Source: the human T2T-CHM13v2.0 reference genome, Homo sapiens. From it: a stretch of DNA of 64,000 nucleotides. Under the pieces are notes generated by a model. That model was not told where the DNA came from, did not search any database, and saw only the letters and a program-made list of their open reading frames with translations. Position numbers and translations under genes: made by a program. Shown here in pieces: positions 12,810 to 27,328 of this stretch. Every line of letters begins with the position of its first letter. The stretch's first letter is position 1. The stretch lies in the NCBI RefSeq assembly GCF_009914755.1, contig NC_060927.1, one strand, 5' to 3'.

Positions 12810-13553
12810 ATACTATGATTTTAAGTAATGTTCGATTTTGTTTCTTATACCAAAATATATTGCTCTAAAATTGTATTTTCTGTGTTATAGTTAGTGCCAC
12901 ACAGCAAAGCAAGCATTTCATTAGCAAGATGTAAATGAAGCAAACTTATTTGGTTAAATATAGAAAAACACAGCTTTTCGTTTATTTAAAAAATATTTTA
13001 TTCAGTTACTGGCCATCCAGTTTGTGTGTCTATATGTCTGTATGTTTAAAAAGAAGACACAGTTTAAGCTATTTATCTTCAATTACAAAAGGGGAAAACT
13101 CAAATGTAGGGGTTAATACGTTTGATTTTAAACTCAATACTAACTATGACCCCTGGATATGCTGAGCCTTGACTAATTATTATGCAAGACTTCAAAATGT
13201 CTAAAGAGAGAGCGAGAAGAGAAGACAGAGATACCATCAAAACAATGCTACGAGCTCACCAATGCTTGTATTATTCCAATTAACCTGTGTCATAAAATGA
13301 TCAACTAACACAATTTTGCCAAATCTAACTTCCCTTCTTAGTGATTCACTTTACAAACAGCCTCCCATCACTTTCCAAATAGTTGATTTCTCCATTTAGA
13401 AACTCTCTCTTACTTTGGCTTCAGTAACACTAAATCTTCACAGCATTCCTTCTCTCTTTCTTTGGCCACTATTTCACAATTTTTCTGCTTCTCCTCTATC
13501 CAAAATTTAAATGTAGTTTTATAGGCCTTGTTTTTATAACCTCTTTTGTTCTT

Positions 13554-16500
13554 TTTTTTAAACATACTTATTACACATATTTATCAACAAGACATCACAA
13601 ATAAGTCACAAAAAGTAGGCTTACTTCAGTTCACAATATAAATCCCTTGAAAACACATTTTTCATCTCTGCAGTTTATAATACTCTACGTATATAAATTT
13701 AAAGCAGTTAAACAACATTTGAGATTAAATTGGTAAAAAAAAATTGAATTCAGACTTCAGAAAATTGTGAAGTAAAAGGCCATGATGGAGAAATATTAAG
13801 AAATCTGTAGAATTACTGAACTGTCACAGTATTATTTTCCTTTACAAAAGCATCTCAGTAAAACAAAAACTACAGAAAACGCAAAGTAAAATCAGAGATT
13901 TTGGTTTAGTACTTTCCCTGAGTTTCTTGTTTTAAAAATCAAAGTAAGTCCAGTTCAAAATTGACCCACAGGTCTTACCTCCTCCATGCTGCCATGGGGA
14001 ATACATTTAAGACAAGAGGCTACACATGTTGAAGTGGTCCCAGGGCTTTATTCAAATGCCAATTTGCCCGTGTCACTGCCACAGGGTTGTCTGACCCACT
14101 GCTGCATGTGGGCTTAAAGAGCTTTCAAAATTTTATCTTGGTCTGCTATAATATAATATGTGAGACTATATACCAAAGGAAGACAAGCAGTTTCAGTTAT
14201 TAATATTAAATTTCTAAATGGATCTGGACACTATATACATCAAATTATGGTAACATAACAGAAACAAACACTTTTATGTTTAAAAATTCTTACATAAAGG
14301 TTTGGGGTCATCTTAAACTTCTAAATCTCAGATGTTACAAGAAAAAACTTCAAAAAAGAAATCAAATTCATTAGATCTTAATAAAGTAGAAAAAAGCGAT
14401 TATAAGATGATACTTGGACTTGGATTATAAGTTGATACTAACTCCCCAAAGTGGTTGACTCTTTGATCCTTAAACAAAACTGGCCCCTATTGTGTCTGTA
14501 CTTGATCACTTAATTGCAATAATATTTATGTGTATGTGTACATGTATATGTACATCTACATGTATATATGCTTGCAAGTGATCAAGCCCTTCATTAAAAA
14601 ACTATATGATAATTAATTAAATTAAGGATAAAGGGATTGTTTTATTCTAAAAATTTGGTTTTTATTTCAAACGTACTAGGTTACTTGCTGAGCTTATAGT
14701 ATCAGGGCGCTAAATACTGTGGATCACATTTTCTAATCAAATGTAGGAAAAACTTTTTCACAGATTTTTACAACCCTTTTTAGGACATCTCAAAGAGAGA
14801 TGGCAAAGATCTGCCAATTATATCTCCTTCCATCATAATGAAATCTTAATTGTAAACTAATTTCAAAAAGTTAATAATCATTAGCTTTCCGAAAGCTAAC
14901 AATCATGAGCTGTCTTAAAATCAGAAGTGAAATGATGACTCAAATCACAAAAGTATGACACTTATTCACATTCTTATTAATTATTTAGTCTAATAAGTAT
15001 CCCATTGCACATGTGGGGAAACTGAGGCACCACAGATTATATTTTGTGTTTTTTGTTTTTAAAGATTTGTCTACAGTTAGACAGGGAAGCCAAGGTCATA
15101 ACTACAGCCAGAACTTTACAAGCTAGACACCTATGAGGTATAATGTATTCTATTCAAACTTTGTGTGAAATGTTACATTTAACTCACCTGTCTTGTTGGC
15201 ATCACCTCTCCTTAACCCTAACTTCTTGCAAACCCTTTAAAGCATGGACATGGCAAATGTCAGTGACCACCTGCCTTCTCTGACCAGGTTAAAAAGGCTA
15301 GCCAATGCTTGTGTAAAAAAAAGAACACCACATATTGTTGTATTATATGCAATTAGAAATGTTCGGTTGGTTATCCCACTTTGGTATCCTTTTCAGAAAA
15401 AAAAAATCTCAAAACTTATAAAGGTAAACATAAGCATGGCATTTTACATTGTACCAACTGAGTAACAGTAAATAGATGAGGTGTGACCACTATAACTTCT
15501 TGACCACCTTTCCATCTTGAAACTACACACATCCAACCCTACCAGCTACCATTCTAATTCTACAGGATATTTTCCAGTGAGACAAGCTGTACAATGACCA
15601 CTCTTTTCAAAACATTCCAGACCATTTCCATTTTCTTAGATCATAATATCGTGCTTTTTCTCTTTCTGTTTTTTAAACTGTATCCCTTCTTGCACAGATG
15701 AAACCAGTCCTTCTACTGACAGATACACAACACTGTTTGCTCCTAGATATTCTGCAAGGTGATCAAATTCTGGTTTATTGGCAATGAGCTCTTCTTTTGT
15801 AGGAATGTTTATTCCCATGAAGCATGGATATTTAATTGGTGGTGAAGCTACTGGAATGTGTTCCTCTTTTGCACCAGATTCTTTGAGCAATTTTATGATA
15901 GTTGAGATGGTATTGCCTCTCACAATTGAGTCATCTACAAGAACAATTCTTTTGCCTTTAAAGTTGTCTGACAATACTCCAAATTTTTTTGCAACACCAA
16001 GTTGTCTTAACCTCATGTTTGGCTGAATGAAGGTTCTCCCTACATATCAGGTTTTACACAGCACCTCCACATATGGAAGTCCACACTTCCCTGCATAAGC
16101 AAGAGCAGCAGGCGTAGCAGATTCTGGAACAGAGCTAACCAAATCTGCATCCATAGGTGCTTCAATAGCTAGCTGCTGGCCACGACGGTATCTTATTGTA
16201 TAAACCATTTGGTCTTCAAACATACTGTCTGGTCTTGCAAAATAAACATATTCAAAGATACAAAAAGCCATAGGGTTTCCTTCAGACCTTGATATAATAT
16301 CAAGAGTTCGGACATTACGTCTGGATATTTCCACAATTTCTCCAGGCAAGACTTCATGGTAATATCTTGCACCAATAGATAAGAAGCTACAAGATTCTGA
16401 AGACACCACCCGTCCTTCTGTTTCCGATGTTTTTTTCTCTTTGTCATTTATATCAGACGCTGGAATAAGACGATCAACGCATAAGGGACGATTTCCATAA

Positions 16501-17223
16501 TGATCTCATACTGCGTAAATAACATCTCTGGGCATTTTAAGCAGGGAGTATGCTGTGGGTGTTTCCTTCATCAAGTTTTTAATCCTGGCTACCCAGTCTG
16601 GGGTGTCATCTTGTTCCTGAGGAGGGGTATACGCCAGTAACTGGGTAATCACTTCACTATCAGAACTTGTGGACAGATCAATACCATGACGCAGAAGCTT
16701 TTTCCTTAATCGAGCAGCATTTGCCAATTGGCCATTATGTGCCACAGCTATCTTCCCATAAAGTGTTTCAGCAACAAAGGGCTGACAATTTTCTAGTTCA
16801 CATTTTCCTGTGGTGGCATACCTTGTGTGTCCAATTCCAAGATTTGAAACATGTCATTTTTTCAAATTGTCTTCAGTAAAGACGTGATTTACAAGACCCA
16901 TTCCCTTGTGTGATTTGAATGTTGGCGCTGAACTCCCGTCACTAGTCAGAATACCAGCACTCTCCTGACCCCGGCGCTGCGGCGTCCCAGAGTGATCACA
17001 TGCGGCACATCCAGCTGCGTGGGCCACTCTCCTGAGGCGATGCACCGGAACACGCCACATTCCTCTCGGATCCCCGACTCATCCAGCTCCAGGTCGCCGC
17101 CGAAAGCACGTGGAGGGACCTGCCGCTGCGGCCAAGGTGTAAGCACCAACCAGCTGCCAGCTCGGCCCATCGAGCTCAGAAGCTCGCGCTCGCGACAGGC
17201 GCTTCCTTCCCGAGGCTGGCTCC
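13554..17223 (-). pseudogene. PPATP1: Full-length processed pseudogene of PPAT (amidophosphoribosyltransferase), including 5' UTR and ~2 kb 3' UTR; probably PPATP1
   Basis: Intronless. ORF fragments carry [43 protein letters not shown] and C-terminal HCTACLTGKYPVELEW. Residual A tail at 13554-13559 and GATAAA about 20 nt upstream of it. Exact 14-bp TSD cctcttttgttctt at 13540-13553 and 17224-17237 with an L1-endonuclease-like TCTT/AA site. Symbol assigned from memory. Confidence 0.95.
15546..17092 (-). pseudogene. Disabled PPAT coding region
   Basis: Start codon position reads CTG (17092). A ~7-nt frameshift deletion lies near 16985, and in-frame stops occur at 16854, 16506, 16047 and 15636 (two at Arg positions, consistent with CGA>TGA). 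Native TAG at 15546-15548. Confidence 0.9.
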
Positions 17224-17372
17224 CCTCTTTTGTTCTTAATGTAAATTTTCACCCTAGGTTAACTTGCAGCCTTTAGTGTCATTTAACAGAAAGGTAGTCC
17301 CCATTATCCCATCCCACAAGTATTTTTCTTTATATTCTTGCTAGTGGTGGGAAGGGAGTCTAGTATAATTGA

Positions 17373-17737
<365 letters not shown>

Positions 17738-18429
17738 GAAAATATCCTTTATTAAACCCATAATGCATCAAGGTCATCAAGGTGATGAGTAAATGCTATT
17801 GACTTACTCTCCAAGCTGAAGTTTAAACACTGGAATGTCCTCTTGTAGCGTGGACAGTAAGATTGTATCATGAGTTGCCAAGAATTACCATTTTTATGAC
17901 TTTGAGGACCATAAACAACTAGACCCTGGAGAAGAGGCCAAAGGTTTAGAAAGAGGAGGAAGAATGTGCATGGAAGGGACAGAATGGAAGGAGACTATAC
18001 ATATATTTGTAAGCAGCTAATGGAAAGACTGTTGATTTGCTATTTTTTTCTATTGACTCTACATGTGCATCATTCCAAATGCTGATGTCATAATTAATGA
18101 GTTACATCAGTGCTCAGGACTTCTGCTTTTTTTGCCAGCCTAGATTTTCCTTTAAGTTTCAGAATGTTTTACAGAGTTATTACTCAATTTATCCATGTTA
18201 TTTCTAGCTAAGCATTTATGAAAGAAAACTCATATACTTCTTTCTGTTTTTCTTACTCTAATGTTATTTATTTCATTGTTGCTCATGAACAAACCTAAAA
18301 GCTACCCTTAACAAACAACTCATTATTCCTCATCCTCTATATCAAATCCATGCATTCTCCACTATCTCTGCTCTCATTACCTTAGTCCAAGTTATTAGGA
18401 TTTCTTGTCTGGATGATTTAAATATCCAT

Positions 18430-19850
18430 AGGTTGGTTTTTAAATGTATTTTATTATTTTTTTATCAGAGTTCTACATGCATGCATGAATTATACATGGA
18501 TTAAAAAGTCAAATAGTTCTACAAGGTTTGTTCAAGGCTTGCTACACACCCAGAGTACACTGACATTCTCATCTTCCAGCTCCAAGTTAACCATTTTCAA
18601 TTCTATTAGTTAAGTTAATCATTTTGGCATTTACCTCTACAGCTCCACAAATAAATAATATTGTTATTTCTTGATTCAGAATGGAACATTAATTTTCTGC
18701 ACATTTTGTATTCCCTAGATTTTCTCTAATTGTCTAGAATTTTTTCTTTTAATATGCTTACTTTTGCATTTATCACAAATTCTTTGCCAGTTGTCTAAAT
18801 GTCCAGTTGTCGGATACATCAGATATTCTTTCAGTTTCTGCATTTTGAAAAACCTCTCCCACAGCCTATTGACTTGTTCTGGTCTGGTTGACTTCCATGA
18901 CTGGCTTGCTTCTCCCTTCTAAGCCCTCCTGGGCATTTCTTTCACTTTTCTCTTTTTGTCTTGTTTTCTATATTCCATAACTTTCTATTTATAATGAACA
19001 ATTCCATGGTTCATTTCTTTGTTTTAGTAGTGTATCTCCTGCAGCAGCCTCTTTAGGAACTTCATCTAGGACATGAGTTTTTGTAACTTGCATGTCACAG
19101 TATTTTGGGTTCTACCTTAGCAATTTATTGCCAGTGTCTGACTATAGTATTCTAGGTTGAAAACGGTTGTCTTTTAGGATTAGAAGGCAATGTACCATTG
19201 TCTGCTATTGCTTTCTATTTCTTTCTGCAAGTTTGTTGGTTCTTAATTTTGGCCCTCTAAAATTTCATGCTGTGGTACTTTGGGGGCATGTGGTGGACCT
19301 TTTTAATCTGTAAATTTATGTTTCTCTGTCTTTGGAATCCCCTTAAATTCTTCGATTAATGGTTTCCTTCCTCCATGTCTCCTATTCTCTCTAGCTAAAA
19401 TGCCTGTTATTTAGATATTGGCTCTTGTGGGCCCATCATCAAATTTTCTTATGTTCTCTCTGAATTTCACGTTTTTGCTCTATTGTCTGGAATATAGTCC
19501 CACTTTGTATTTTTGCTCTACTATCTGAAATATATACCCTATTCTAACTTTCAAGCCTAGTATTTTGTTTTTTATTTCTTCTATGTTTTTATTTTTAATG
19601 TCACTACAACTTTTTGTTTTTGTATTCTGAATATTCATCTTAATCTTTTTCTTTAGTAGTATCTTCTTCCTGTTTCATGTTTCTCCATCTTTTTATCTCT
19701 CAAGTTCTTTATCATAGCTTTCATTGTTTTATTTTTTTCTACACAGTTTTATGTTCTTCAGTTTGCTTTTTAAATTTCTTTGTTTTGGACTTTTTTTTAA
19801 GTAAAGAGATTTTCCTCGGATACCTGATATTTCTTTATTTACTGCTAATG
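18430..19850 (-). mobile_element. Ancient degraded L1M fragments (approximate bounds)
   Basis: T-rich strand with L1M-like phrases (tctgactatagtattctaggttg, cctgttatttagatattgg). Confidence 0.45.
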
Positions 19851-20756
19851 GAGATTAAAATTGAAAGGAAAGTCTGAGAGCTTACAGGTTAGACTTTGTC
19901 AATGTAGGTTCAGTAGAGAAATCTGCACCATACTGTTGGGTCATCCCACAGCACTATTTTTAGGTCCTTACTTTGGGTCTTATCATATTGCCCAAGGACA
20001 ATTTCCCATGCTCAGTGCTTAGCTAGAAGCAGCCTAACAGAATACTAAAACCCAAGTTGAAAAAAAAAAAGCTGAGATTTTCAATATCTAATCTGCTTTC
20101 ATTAGCTTTACTACTTTCTTTTTTGTATAGACTTTACCACCTCCATTCATATTTGCAACTGTGCATGAATTTTTTTTTTGTACAGAGATTTTGGGTTTAT
20201 TTCTCCAGAATATATAAACTTCTATCCTTCTTCTCTTATGGGAAGGTATATTTAGGTTCTCCTCCTTTATTCCTACTTCCATGGAACCTAGAAAGCCTGA
20301 TTCCTGAGACCCTGAGAAACTGTCGTATGAATCTGTTCAATTCCTAACCTATCTAAACTACTGCTTTAGGATTCAGCATTCTTCTTTTTGGTTAGTCAGT
20401 TTTCACTTTTTCAACTGCTTCCCAGTTTTTAAAATTTTGTTGCTTGTTATCTCCTCTACAGTTTTTCATAATTTTCTGAATTTTATAAATAAATCAAAAT
20501 TTACTATTATATGTTTATTCTTCCATTTTTACTCAGAGTTTTTAACACTGGATTTCTTTATTTCCACTCTACAAACAAAATTATTATTTTTAAAATAGAA
20601 ATTAGATTAGTCTTTGCTTAAAGGCCTTGAATCACCTCCTAATTTCTTACACATTGAAAAAATAATAATAACATAATTTTCCAAGACTTTCTGAGACCCA
20701 GTTATTGCCTTCTCTTTTCTATTATTCCATTTCCTGTTACTCATTGTGCTCTAATC

Positions 20757-20884
20757 TATGGTTGCCAGAATAAACAAATGAAAATACACCTATTACTTGG
20801 GAGAAATACCTACATTTTTAAAAGTGCATTGTGTATCTGGAATTCAAACATAACTGGAAGTCTTATATTTTCTCTGCAACCCTA
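20757..20884. mobile_element. MER53-like hAT MITE, internally deleted
   Basis: Inverted termini ggttgccag...ctgcaaccct. Confidence 0.5.
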
Positions 20885-20893
20885 CATAGTGGC

Positions 20894-23231
20894 TATATTC
20901 ATCTGTTTTCACTCTGCTGAAAAAGACATACCCGAGACTGGGCAATTTACAAAGAAAGAGGCTTAATGGAAAAGTCACAGTTCCACATGGCTAGGGAAGC
21001 CTCACTATCATGGCAGAAGTCAAGGAGGAGAAGTCAAGGAGGAGAAAGTTGCATATTACACGGATGGCGGCAGGCAAAGAGAGCTTGTGCAGACAAACTC
21101 CCATTTTTTTTTTTTTTAAATCATCAGATCTCATGAGACTCATTCACTACCACAAGAACAGCACAGGAAAGACCTGCTCCCATAATTCAATCACCTCCCA
21201 CCAGGTTCCTCCCAAGACACATGGGAATTGTGGGAGTTACAATTCAAGATGAGATTTGTGTGGGGACACAAAGCCAAACCATAACATTCCACCCTTGGCC
21301 ACTCCAAAATCTCATGTCCTCACATTTCAAAACCAATATCATGCCTTCCCAACGTCTTAACTCATTTCAGCATTAACTCAAAAGTCCACAGTCTAACGTC
21401 TCATGTGAGACAAGACAAGTCCCTTTGGCCTATGAGCCTGCGAAATCAAATGCAAGTTAGTTACTTCCTAGATACAATGGGGGTACGGGTGATGGGTAAA
21501 TACAGCCATTCAAAATGGGAGAAATTGGCCAAAACAAAGGGGCCACAGGCCCCATCCAAGTCCAAACTCCAGCAGGGCAGTCAGATCTTAAAGCTCCAAA
21601 ATGATCTCCATTCATTCCATGTCTCATATCCAGGTCATGCTGATGCAAGAGCTGGGTTCCAGTGGTCTTGGGTAGCTCCACCCCTGTGGCTTTGCAGGGT
21701 ACAGCCTCCCTCCTGGCTGCTTTCATGGGCTTGCATTGTCTGTGGCTTTTCCAGGTGAACAGTGCAAGCTCTCAGTGTATCTATCATTCTGGGGTCTGGA
21801 GGATGGTGGCCTCTTCTCACAGTTCCACTAGTTGGTGCCCCAGTAGGGACTCTGTGTGGGGGCTCCAACCCCACATTTCCCTTCTGCACTGCTCTAGCAG
21901 AGGTTCTCCATGAGCACCCTACTCCTGCAAAAAACTTCTGCCTAGGCATCCAGACATTTCCATACATCTTCTGAAATCTAGGCAGATGTTCTCAAACCGC
22001 AATTCTTGACTTTGGTGCACCTGCAGGCTCAAAACCACATGGAAGTTACCAAGCCTTGGGGCTTGTACCCTCTAAGCCACAGCCTGAGCTCTACATTGGC
22101 CCCTTTCAGCCATGACTGGAGCAACTGGGACACAGGGCACTAAGTCCCTAGTCTGCACACAGCACAGGGATCCTGGGCCTGGCCCATGAGACCATTTTCT
22201 CCTAGGCCTCTTGGTCTGTGATGGAGAGAAGCTGCCATGAAGACCTCTGATATGCCCTGGAGAGATTTCCCCATTGTCTTGGTGATTAACATCGGGCTCC
22301 TCGTTACTTATGCAAATTTCTGCAACTGGATTGTATTTCTCCTCAGAAAATGGGTTTTACTTTTCTATCACATTGTCAGGCTGCAAATTTTCCAAACTTT
22401 TATACTCTACTCCTCTTTTAACACTGAATGCCTTTAACAGCACCCAAGTCACCCCTTGAATGCTTCGCTGCTTAGAAATTCCTTCCGCCAGATACCCTAA
22501 ATCATCTCTCTCAAGTTCAAAGTTCCACAAATTTATAGGGCAGGGGCAAAATGCTGCCAGTCTCTTCACTAAAACATAGCAAGAGTCACCTTTGCTACAG
22601 TTCCCAACAAGTTCCTAATCTCCAAATGGGACCACCTCAGCCTAGACCTTATTGCCCATATCACAGTCAGGCTTTTGGTCAAAGCCATTCAACCAGTCTC
22701 TAGAAAGTTCCAAACTTTCCCACGTTTTCCCATCTTCTTCTGAGCCCTCCAAACCTTTCCAACCTCTGCCTGTTACACAGGTCTAAAGTTGCTTCCACAT
22801 TTTCAGGTGTCTTTTCAGCAGTGCTTCACTCTACTGGTACCAATTTAATGTATATTAGTCTGTTTTCATACTGCTGACAAAGACATACCCAAGACTGGGC
22901 AGTTTAAAAAGGAAAGAGGTTTAATGGACAACTCAACAGTTCCACATGACTGGAGACGCCTCACAATGATGGTGGAAGGCAAGGAGGAGCAAGTCTCATG
23001 CATGGCAGCAGGGAAAGAGAGCTTGTGTAGGCAAACTCCTGTTTGTTTGTTTGTTTGTTTGTTTTAAATCAGATCTTGTGAGAATCATGCACTATCACAA
23101 GAACAGCAGAGGAAAGATCTGCCCCCATAATTCAATCACCTGTCACCAGATTCCTCCCACAACACATGGGAATTGTGAGAGTTACAATTCAAGATGAGAT
23201 TTGGGTGGGGTCACAGAGCCAAACCATATCA
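20894..23231 (-). mobile_element. Complete THE1 (THE1A/B-like) MaLR: 3' LTR 20894-21286, internal 21287-22848, 5' LTR 22849-23231
   Basis: Two homologous ~390-bp LTRs ending ccaaaccata(a/t)ca, about 1.56 kb of THE1-int, PPT next to the left LTR, and a perfect 5-bp TSD gtggc at 20889-20893 and 23232-23236. Confidence 0.95.
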
Positions 23232-23516
23232 GTGGCCTTCTTTAGGTCATTGAGCAAGCTGAGATTGTTTTCTTTTTCTTCAGTATCCAGTCCTCATGCC
23301 TGGTATTTGATCTATCAGGCATGCTCTTCCCTTGGCCTCCTCCAGATTCCTTTTTGCCTTCCCAATTTAAATTTCAAGTCTCTTTCTAAATGTCAGGTTC
23401 TCAGAGAAGCCTTTCCTAATCTTCCAAACAGGATTTGATCTCCCTACACTCACTCACCAAAATTCTCTATTTCTTCTTCTGATTATTAATTAAAATTAAA
23501 TCTATTTTAATAATTA

Positions 23517-24165
<649 letters not shown>

Positions 24166-25719
24166 CTATCATACTAGATTGTAAGCAACTTGAGAGCAGT
24201 ATGGGATTGTCTTGTTTTCAGCTGTAGCACAGTGCCAGGTATATTTTCTAGTTAATTAATAAATAAACAATACATATTATTTGAATGAATGAATGAGCCT
24301 AAGAAAATAAAAAAAACTGAGATAAACATTATTAAAATGCTTAAGGCATGGACTATGATTTATAATTTGTGTTATTGTATCAAACTACAAAATCATTTCA
24401 AAGTATTGCATACTCATGTTATCCTTGATCTATTTACTCACTTTAATCCTATTATAACTACTAGTTGATTCCGTTTTAAAATAAATTAACTAAAAATTAT
24501 CTGATTTAATTTTAAGATGAAATGCTCCAAGAATTATTAATGACAGAAAACCTAGTCTAAAGTATTAAAAATAAATACATTTCGATGCCAGGTAGTGCTA
24601 AAAGATATGAAGAAAAGTAAAGCAGTGTAAGGGAATAAAGAGCAATGGGGGAGTTATTTTAGATATGGGAATCAGGGAAGATTTATATGTTAGGTTGACA
24701 TTTGAGCAGAGATCAGCAGAAAATTTGAGATTAAGCCATGAGGATATCATATTGTTCTTTATTTACATTCATGTGCAAAGTAATTTTTTTAAATTTTGCA
24801 ATTAAGAAAATATTTTATATTAGAATATTATGAATTTTTATTTTGAAAATCTTTTGTTTTGCAAATATTTCCCATAATTTGCAATGTACTTTTCTCATCG
24901 TAGATTCAGTACTTATCTTTATTATAGTTGGCACGTTTTATTCTCCTTCGTTCTCAGTTTCCAGATTATGGCCTTTCAAACCTGCCTAGTGTTAGAATGA
25001 GACCCACGTGGGGCTACATATTCATGTTACAGAAAAAGAAGCTTTGAGACAACTGTGCTAATGGAATCACAGCTAAATTCTTTGCCAGTGATACTCAAGC
25101 TCTCAGTTATTTTCTGGCTGGAACAATAATTTTGGTTTATTCTTTCAGTCACATAGGTATAGGCAATCCCAAAGGGTCTTTCTGATAAAGGTTTCCAAAT
25201 AATCATTTCCCTGGAGAGTTATAATTTGGGATGATTTAAAACTGAGAAGCATAGTTCAACCAGTCATCCTTCTTGCCTGTTATTACCTACTAACCTTGAG
25301 TGGTCCTGGCATCTGATTCTATGTGATTCCTTAGATATGTTGCATGCAGGCAATAATAAACTTTATTTCCACATACAAATTCTTCACCCCCAAAGTGAAA
25401 GTCTGAGAGACAGAGAGAAACCAGAGATGCAAGTACCATTTGAAATGTACCTGAAAATCAGGCTGCAGCAAAAATGATAACCCCTGCAGTTTGTAACATC
25501 TTAATTTCAAATTTAATATACAATATATCACATTTTATTACCTACATTATAAACTTTTTGTTTATATGGAAAAGATCACTTCTCCACATTCTTAAATAAC
25601 TGCTCATAATAAATAGAGCATACATCATTCTAACTATAAATGCATTGCCCTACAATAATAGCTAATATTGAGTGTTTAGTAAGTATAGGTGTAACTTGAT
25701 TAGATAGATATGTAGGTGA

Positions 25720-25745
25720 CAGATAGATAGATAGATAGATAGATA
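25720..25745 (+). repeat. (GATA)n microsatellite
   Basis: agatagatagatagatagatagata. Confidence 0.85.
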
Positions 25746-25779
25746 AAAGTCGATTGATTTTTAGATATAAACTTATTTA

Positions 25780-25930
25780 AACATCACATTAACTCTTATA
25801 AAGTGAAGTTTAAGATATCTCCATTTTACAGAGGAAGAAACTGAGGTACAGCAAGGGCAAACAATCTGTCCTAAGTCATAGAAATAATAAGCAATAGACC
25901 CTCAATTCGAACCCCAATACTCTTGACCCA
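25780..25930 (-). mobile_element. MIR fragment
   Basis: MIR core ccattttacagaggaagaaactgagg. Confidence 0.65.
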
Positions 25931-27154
25931 AAACTATTTTACAGAATATCAGTCATGATTCTATACTGCCACAATCTTTCAGTTAGTTATTCTTCTGTCT
26001 AGCACCTCTCAAGATCCTATTTCTTCTTTTATCAATCAGACCAGTTGAATAGCATTTTTTTGTGATTCACTTCTTCACCTGCCACACATACGAAAAAACC
26101 CTCCAAAACCTTGCCCTTCATTCCAAGCCTATCCCTACAGAATGTCAACAATTCTACCATTTGTAGATATTGAGCACAGATTTTGGATACCATCTTAGTC
26201 CTGAAACAAACATTGACTAACAAGAACATTAAATACAATAATAATTGACTCAACACATCCGTTTTCCTTTTTAACATTACTTTTCATTTTATATTCATAA
26301 TAAAATGTGAGAATAACTCTGGTTCCCAATGATTTAATTAATACTTTTTCATCCAGGCAGTGAGACTAAGACCTGGTAATGCATTAATCTTGTCAGTCTC
26401 TCTTTACATTTTTTTCTATTTCTATATAATAATAATAATGGGACATTATTAAGCCAGGGTTGAAAGATGATTTTAGAGGCCTCCAATATGAATCCACTAG
26501 ATATTTACACAGACTGCTCAAGTTTTAGAAAGAGAAAAAAGTTACTTAGAGAAAAAGTGAGGTATATGTTGTAGAACACATACTAAAGACAGTGAATCTG
26601 GGTCTACTCTCATTTCCATTTCTCACTTGTGTGGCAAAGTTACTTTGTTCATCTGTTAAATGGGAATGTTGAATTTTAGTACAGAGGCTCATTCCTAGGC
26701 TAAAATTATATTATTTCCATATTATTACAAAGCGAATGAAGTAACAAGTTGTAGTGGTGGTCTGTCTTCCAGAATTGATAACTAGTATCATATGATTTTG
26801 ACTCCAAAAAAAGCAAAAAAAACCAAGACATTTACTCAAATGGTATTATAAAGTTGACATAGTTCAGAAAAAGAGAATCACTTAAAAAGCAACTACATAC
26901 CCCCTCTCACCCAGCTCCGAACCTCTGCCACCCATCTTTGATGGCTTCCTTAATTCTTAGTCATTTATATTATAAAGTTCATAGATAAGTAGGGATTTTT
27001 AAAGAAATAATTTCTCCTCTTCCTAAAAAACATGGATGAGAAAGCTCCTCCAACTTTTCATCCCACAAATTACTTTTGAACTAGTTTCTGAGGCTTCGTT
27101 CACAAGATCACGCTTGGCCACTGGCTACTCATGCTTGTGTCAAATTTTTCTTTT

Positions 27155-27328
27155 CTGTCATTCTCAACTTTGCCTATTGGAATCACTTGGGGATCTTGTA
27201 AAACTACTTATGCCTGGGTCTTAGCCCCAGAGAGTCAGATCTATAGATCTGCTGTGGGGCCTGAGCATTGGGATTTGTTAAAGCTCCCCAGGTGGTTCTA
27301 AGGAACATCTAATGGTGAGAATTCCTCT
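27155..27328. mobile_element. MER5A-like hAT-Charlie MITE
   Basis: ttctcaactt...gaatcacttgggg...aagctccccaggtggttct...tgagaa, the quasi-palindromic MER5 layout. Confidence 0.65.

Noticed and set aside
15636-16409. 126-aa and 120-aa PPAT-like ORFs as functional truncated proteins
   Set aside because: They are intervals between nonsense mutations of a pseudogene that has lost its start codon and has an early frameshift; no sign of selection.
21405-22569. Cluster of 66-117 aa ORFs
   Set aside because: Fragments of the decayed THE1 internal region and its antisense strand.
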